From IMG/VR virus record IMGVR_UViG_3300010970_000093, positions 1 through 26,994 of that record: a DNA stretch of 26,994 bases; one strand, given 5' to 3'. The notes below the pieces were generated by a model. That model was given only the letters and a program-made list of their open reading frames with translations. It did not search any database and was not told the origin of the DNA. The first letter of the stretch is position 1. Each line of letters opens with the position of its first letter. This stretch comes from a virus. Both the position numbers and the translations under genes were made by a program. This document shows positions 23,321 to 26,994 of this stretch, piece after piece.

Positions 23321-24564
23321 TGGCACTGAGCGCTCCCCAACAGCAGATAGTAGAAGCCACACAACGATTTAAAGTTGTCATTGCCGGTAGACGCTTTGGT
23401 AAGACACACTTATCAATTAGAGAACTGTGCTACCACGCTAGAGAACCAGACAAGGAAGTTTGGTATGTTGCCCCTACATACAAGCAAGCAAAGATGATTG
23501 TGTTTAAGAAGCTCCGTAAGAAGCTTCAGCAACTTCGCTGGGTGCGTAAGATCAATGAAACAAACCTAAGCTTCGAACTTAAGAACGGCAGCACTATATC
23601 ACTTAAAGGTGCTGACAACTATGATAGTCTCCGTGGTGTGGGCTTGGACTTTCTAGTATTAGATGAGTTTGCGGACATCGATCCAGAAGCATGGTTCGAA
23701 ACACTACGTCCTACCCTAGCTGATAAGATGGGCAAAGCATTGTTCATTGGCACACCCAAGGGCATGAACTGGGCCAAAGACTTGTATGACATGCGTGATG
23801 AATATCCTGAGGAGTGGGTGAGCTTTCAATTTACTACCATTGACGGTGGTAATGTTACACCCGAAGAAGTTGAAGCAGCACGCCGCAGTCTTGATGCTAG
23901 AACATTCTCACAGGAATTCTGCGCAACATTCGAAACATTCTCGGGCAGAGTATTCTATGCGTTCGATCGCAAATATAACCTACGTCCTTACTTGAAAACA
24001 GCAGACGACATTATGTTGCCTGAACTGCATATAGGCATGGACTTTAACGTGGACAACAATAGCTGTGTTATCGCAATTAAATCTACGACACAAACCCTAC
24101 ACATCATTGACGAAATTAAACTCATGGGATCTAACACCGATGAAATGGTCCAAGAGATTAAGAATCGTTACCCATTACATAAAATTACAGTGTATCCTGA
24201 CCCTGCTGGCAGTCAACGTAAAACATCAGCTGGAGGCAGGACAGATCACACTATCCTGCGTAATGCTGGGTTTACTGTAAAAGCACCCCACGCACACAAT
24301 GCAATTAGAGATGGAGTCAACGCTGTTAATGCCAAACTCCTAAGTTCTAGCGGCATAACAACATTGTTCTTCGACCCCAAGTGTAAATATAGCATTGAGT
24401 GTCTGGAGAAGCATACCTACAAAGAAGGCACCAGCATCCCTGATAAGGACAGTGGGTTCGATCACATGAATGATGCGCTAAGATACATGGTGGATTATCT
24501 ATTCCCAATCCGCCAACCAGTTACACCACCTTCAACAAGAATGTGGAATCATAAATTAGGATAA
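23320..24564 (+). CDS. terL: Terminase large subunit
   Basis: Walker A AGRRFGKT, Walker B FLVLDEF, and a C-terminal nuclease-type region with DHMNDALRY. Confidence 0.9.
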   Translation: MALSAPQQQIVEATQRFKVVIAGRRFGKTHLSIRELCYHAREPDKEVWYVAPTYKQAKMIVFKKLRKKLQQLRWVRKINETNLSFELKNGSTISLKGADNYDSLRGVGLDFLVLDEFADIDPEAWFETLRPTLADKMGKALFIGTPKGMNWAKDLYDMRDEYPEEWVSFQFTTIDGGNVTPEEVEAARRSLDARTFSQEFCATFETFSGRVFYAFDRKYNLRPYLKTADDIMLPELHIGMDFNVDNNSCVIAIKSTTQTLHIIDEIKLMGSNTDEMVQEIKNRYPLHKITVYPDPAGSQRKTSAGGRTDHTILRNAGFTVKAPHAHNAIRDGVNAVNAKLLSSSGITTLFFDPKCKYSIECLEKHTYKEGTSIPDKDSGFDHMNDALRYMVDYLFPIRQPVTPPSTRMWNHKLG

Positions 24565-24571
24565 TAAAAAT

Positions 24572-26056
24572 ATGAGCAATCAGACGTTACTTGACGACTA
24601 CCGAGCGCTATCAAGCACCCATTGGCTTTACAACAGAAACAGAGATAGATGGCAATTCCTCTATGAATCATACGCAGGTGGCGAAGAGTATCGCAGAAGC
24701 GGTCATCTCACACGCTACAATCTAGAAACTCAAGGTGAGTACGATGCTAGATTAAAGAACACCCCATTAGACAATCACTGCCAAAGTGTTATCGCAACTT
24801 ATATCAGCTTCTTATATCGTGAAGAACCAGATCGTGAATTCGAATCGTGGGAAGGTCAACCTGACGTTGAAGACTTCTTAAAAGACTGTGACATGGAAGG
24901 TCGTTCATTAGATGCCTTTATGAAACAAACAAGTATTTGGTCTGGTGTGTTTGGTCACTCTTGGATCATTATGACTAAGCCTAACCTAGGTGCAACCACA
25001 GTAGGACAAGAGCTTGAGATGGGCGTTCGCCCTTACGTTAACCTACTTACTCCATTGATCGTATCAGACTGGACATGGGAACGCAAGCCAGGTGGCAGCT
25101 ATGAATTAAGTTACTTCAAGTATGTTGAAGAAGTATTAGATCAGACTTCCGTTGTTCGTGAATGGACTAGAGAAAGCATTAAGACTTGGATACTAGATGA
25201 CACTAAGAAAGAAGCTTACCTTGAAGTCGAAGAGATTAACTTCCTAGGCAAGATACCGGCTATCCTAGTCTACAACCAACGTGGCATCAGCAAGGACATT
25301 GGCATTTCTGATATCTCTGACATTGCTGACTTACAAAGACAAATCTACAACTTGACTTCAGAGAATGAACAAAGCATTCGAATGGATGGACACCCTAGCT
25401 TGGTTGCACCTAGCTCTGCACAATTAGGTTCAGGTGCTGGCGCTATCATTCAACTACAAGAAGGCAGTGATCCAGGATTGAATCCATATTACTTAGAGCA
25501 CGGTGGTAACGGTGTTGCCAGCATTCACTCTAGCATTGACAAGTTAGTTGAAGCTATTGATCGCATATCCTTCACAGGTGGCGTTCGTGCTACTGCTACA
25601 CGCACAATGAGCGGAGTTGCAATGGAAACTGAATTTCAATTGTTAAATGCCAAGTTAGCTGAAAAGGCTGACAACATGGAATTAGCCGAAGAACAGATTT
25701 GGAAGTTGTTTGCCCTATACCAAAACAAAGTATGGGAAGGTGAAGTAGAATATCCTAGTTCATTCAACGTTCGTGACACACAACGTGAGTTTGCACAATT
25801 AACACAGGCCAAGTCTGCTGCCACTGATCCACGTGTTCTTACATTGATTGATCATGAGATTGTAGAATTGCTAGGTGAAGATCCTACATTAGTTCTAGGA
25901 ACTACAGAATACTTGCCAGCTGAACAACTTCCTGCAGAGGAGCCATTCGAGCCACACACTATGATTGACCTAGTAACTGGCACAGAATATATTGCTCGCA
26001 CTGAACAAGAACACTTAGACTATGCTGCTCTAGGATATGTTCACAAAGAGGAATAA
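24572..26056 (+). CDS. Portal protein
   Basis: 494-aa ORF immediately after terL with an acidic C-terminus. Called by order and size. Confidence 0.75.
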   Translation: MSNQTLLDDYRALSSTHWLYNRNRDRWQFLYESYAGGEEYRRSGHLTRYNLETQGEYDARLKNTPLDNHCQSVIATYISFLYREEPDREFESWEGQPDVEDFLKDCDMEGRSLDAFMKQTSIWSGVFGHSWIIMTKPNLGATTVGQELEMGVRPYVNLLTPLIVSDWTWERKPGGSYELSYFKYVEEVLDQTSVVREWTRESIKTWILDDTKKEAYLEVEEINFLGKIPAILVYNQRGISKDIGISDISDIADLQRQIYNLTSENEQSIRMDGHPSLVAPSSAQLGSGAGAIIQLQEGSDPGLNPYYLEHGGNGVASIHSSIDKLVEAIDRISFTGGVRATATRTMSGVAMETEFQLLNAKLAEKADNMELAEEQIWKLFALYQNKVWEGEVEYPSSFNVRDTQREFAQLTQAKSAATDPRVLTLIDHEIVELLGEDPTLVLGTTEYLPAEQLPAEEPFEPHTMIDLVTGTEYIARTEQEHLDYAALGYVHKEE

Positions 26057-26065
26057 GGAGATATC

Positions 26066-26131
26066 ATGAGAGCACTACCCCTAAGAGGTTCTAGAACTAA
26101 AAAGAATCGCAACAAACCACCGAGAAAATAA
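26066..26131 (+). CDS. 21-aa Arg/Lys-rich micro-ORF; not in the ORF track
   Basis: AGGAG (26056-26060) lies 5 nt before the ATG. Translation: MRALPLRGSRTKKNRNKPPRK. Confidence 0.4.
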   Translation: MRALPLRGSRTKKNRNKPPRK

Positions 26132-26132
26132 T

Positions 26133-26288
26133 ATGCCCATTCACAAAGCAAAAGGACCCCGAGGTGGCAAGGGGTGGCAATATGGCACGCAAGGTAAAGT
26201 ATATCCTAATCGAGCAGATGCTGTTCGCCAAGCTCAGGCTATCAAGATTAGCCAGGCAGCCGCAAAAGCAAAACAGAAAGGAAAATAA
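26133..26288 (+). CDS. 51-aa basic protein; not in the ORF track
   Basis: Translation: MPIHKAKGPRGGKGWQYGTQGKVYPNRADAVRQAQAIKISQAAAKAKQKGK. It fills the gap between the portal and the next ORF. Confidence 0.5.
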   Translation: MPIHKAKGPRGGKGWQYGTQGKVYPNRADAVRQAQAIKISQAAAKAKQKGK

Positions 26289-26291
26289 ATC

Positions 26292-26564
26292 ATGACGGAT
26301 GAAGAAATCACCGCTTTAGATGCGCTGAAGTTTCAAACATTAGGAACAGGCCCTACTGCAACCACTAGCACTGCAATCATGCAACAAGAAGTGAGAGTCA
26401 TAGGAATCAAGGCCAATCACTTTATCACAACCAATGGTACCATAGCTACCACAAGTAGTTTTGTAGTACCCGAGGGAACTATTATCAAGGTTAGAATCGA
26501 ACTAGGTCAACGAATTACTGCAATCACAGATGGCGGCAATGGACACTTGACCATAGCATATTGA
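26292..26564 (+). CDS. Hypothetical head-module protein (90 aa)
   Basis: From the ORF track. AAAGGAAAA lies upstream. Located between the portal and scaffold genes. Confidence 0.6.
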   Translation: MTDEEITALDALKFQTLGTGPTATTSTAIMQQEVRVIGIKANHFITTNGTIATTSSFVVPEGTIIKVRIELGQRITAITDGGNGHLTIAY

Positions 26565-26588
26565 TTAAAAAGCCGGCAAATAATACCC

Positions 26589-26609
26589 TTTATTGATCCA
26601 TTCAATAAA
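26589..26609. promoter_or_regulatory. Perfect 8-bp inverted repeat TTTATTGA-tccat-TCAATAAA upstream of the scaffold gene
   Basis: Read directly. It is preceded by CGGCAAATAATACCCTTTA, which resembles CGGAAATAATCCCTTTA at the early promoter (18671-18687). Confidence 0.4.
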
Positions 26610-26671
26610 TATCAACACTGGCATAGTCATTCCGATTGTGCCAACTTACTTTAACAAAAGGCGATGCGACG

Positions 26672-26994
26672 ATGTCAGACAATACATTGGCTAACGAAGA
26701 TACTGGATCTTCTGAAACAAACCAGGCACAGTCAGTAAAAACTTACACGCAAGAGGAAGTTGATAATATGATGGCTCGCACCAAAGGTGCTATCCAAAAG
26801 AAATATGAAAAGACTTTTGCAGAACTAGGTGATATTGACGAACTACGTCAACTCAAGGTAGAAGCAGAATCACGCAAATTGGAAGACCAAAAGAAGCGTG
26901 GTGAATACGATAGAATTATCGCAGAGCTAGCTGCTAAGAAAGACGACGAAATTCGCAAACGTGATGAGATTATTAAGTCTTACACTGTGGACAT
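26672..26994 (+). CDS. Scaffolding-like protein, N-terminal part (runs off the window end and continues at nt 56-401)
   Basis: ATG at 26672 with AAAGG upstream. The frame is open to the end of the window: MSDNTLANEDTGSSETNQAQSVKTYTQEEVDNMMARTKGAIQKKYEKTFAELGDIDELRQLKVEAESRKLEDQKKRGEYDRIIAELAAKKDDEIRKRDEIIKSYTVD. Confidence 0.7.
   Translation, partial: MSDNTLANEDTGSSETNQAQSVKTYTQEEVDNMMARTKGAIQKKYEKTFAELGDIDELRQLKVEAESRKLEDQKKRGEYDRIIAELAAKKDDEIRKRDEIIKSYTVD
26940..26994. repeat. Second copy of the 55-nt terminal overlap
   Basis: Identical to nt 1-55. Confidence 0.9.

Noticed and set aside
26940-26994. 55-nt direct terminal repeat considered as a biological DTR or LTR
   Set aside because: The exact 55-nt identity falls in the middle of an ORF that continues in frame across the junction. 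This is the signature of a circular contig reported with a k-mer overlap, not a packaging terminal repeat.

Overview
The window is a complete, circularly closed tailed-phage genome. Nt 1-55 are identical to nt 26940-26994, which looks like an assembly overlap, so the unique length is 26,939 bp. A scaffold-like ORF starting at 26672 reads in frame through the junction to 401. All of the roughly 50 genes lie on the + strand and are tightly packed, with many ATGA/TAATG overlaps.

Gene order:
- terS, terL, portal, three tiny ORFs, scaffold, major capsid, two connector proteins, major tail protein.
- gpG/gpGT chaperone with a textbook -1 frameshift at GGGAAAG, HK97-gp10-like protein, tape measure, distal tail and hub proteins.
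- A GNAT-like acetyltransferase sitting where lambda K or the GTA peptidase normally is, then a J-like tip protein and a 1302-aa fibre.
- A second fibre set: a paralogous anchor domain, a small fibre, an Mtd_N-type fibre and a PD40-type beta-propeller.
- An XhlA-like membrane protein and a Zn-ribbon protein.
- An 890-nt ORF-free structured block, 12 small early ORFs, a strong terminator, then terS again.

I could not recognise any DNA replication protein, integrase or repressor, endolysin, tRNA, CRISPR array or reverse transcriptase.

The most interesting element is the block at 18441-19330 at the late/early junction. It has its own sigma70-like promoters, an internal terminator and many perfect or G:U-compensated helices. 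It could be a novel phage ncRNA locus, a cis-acting antitermination leader, or a host-dependent origin.

All functional calls rest on motif recognition by eye, gene order and size. No database search was possible.
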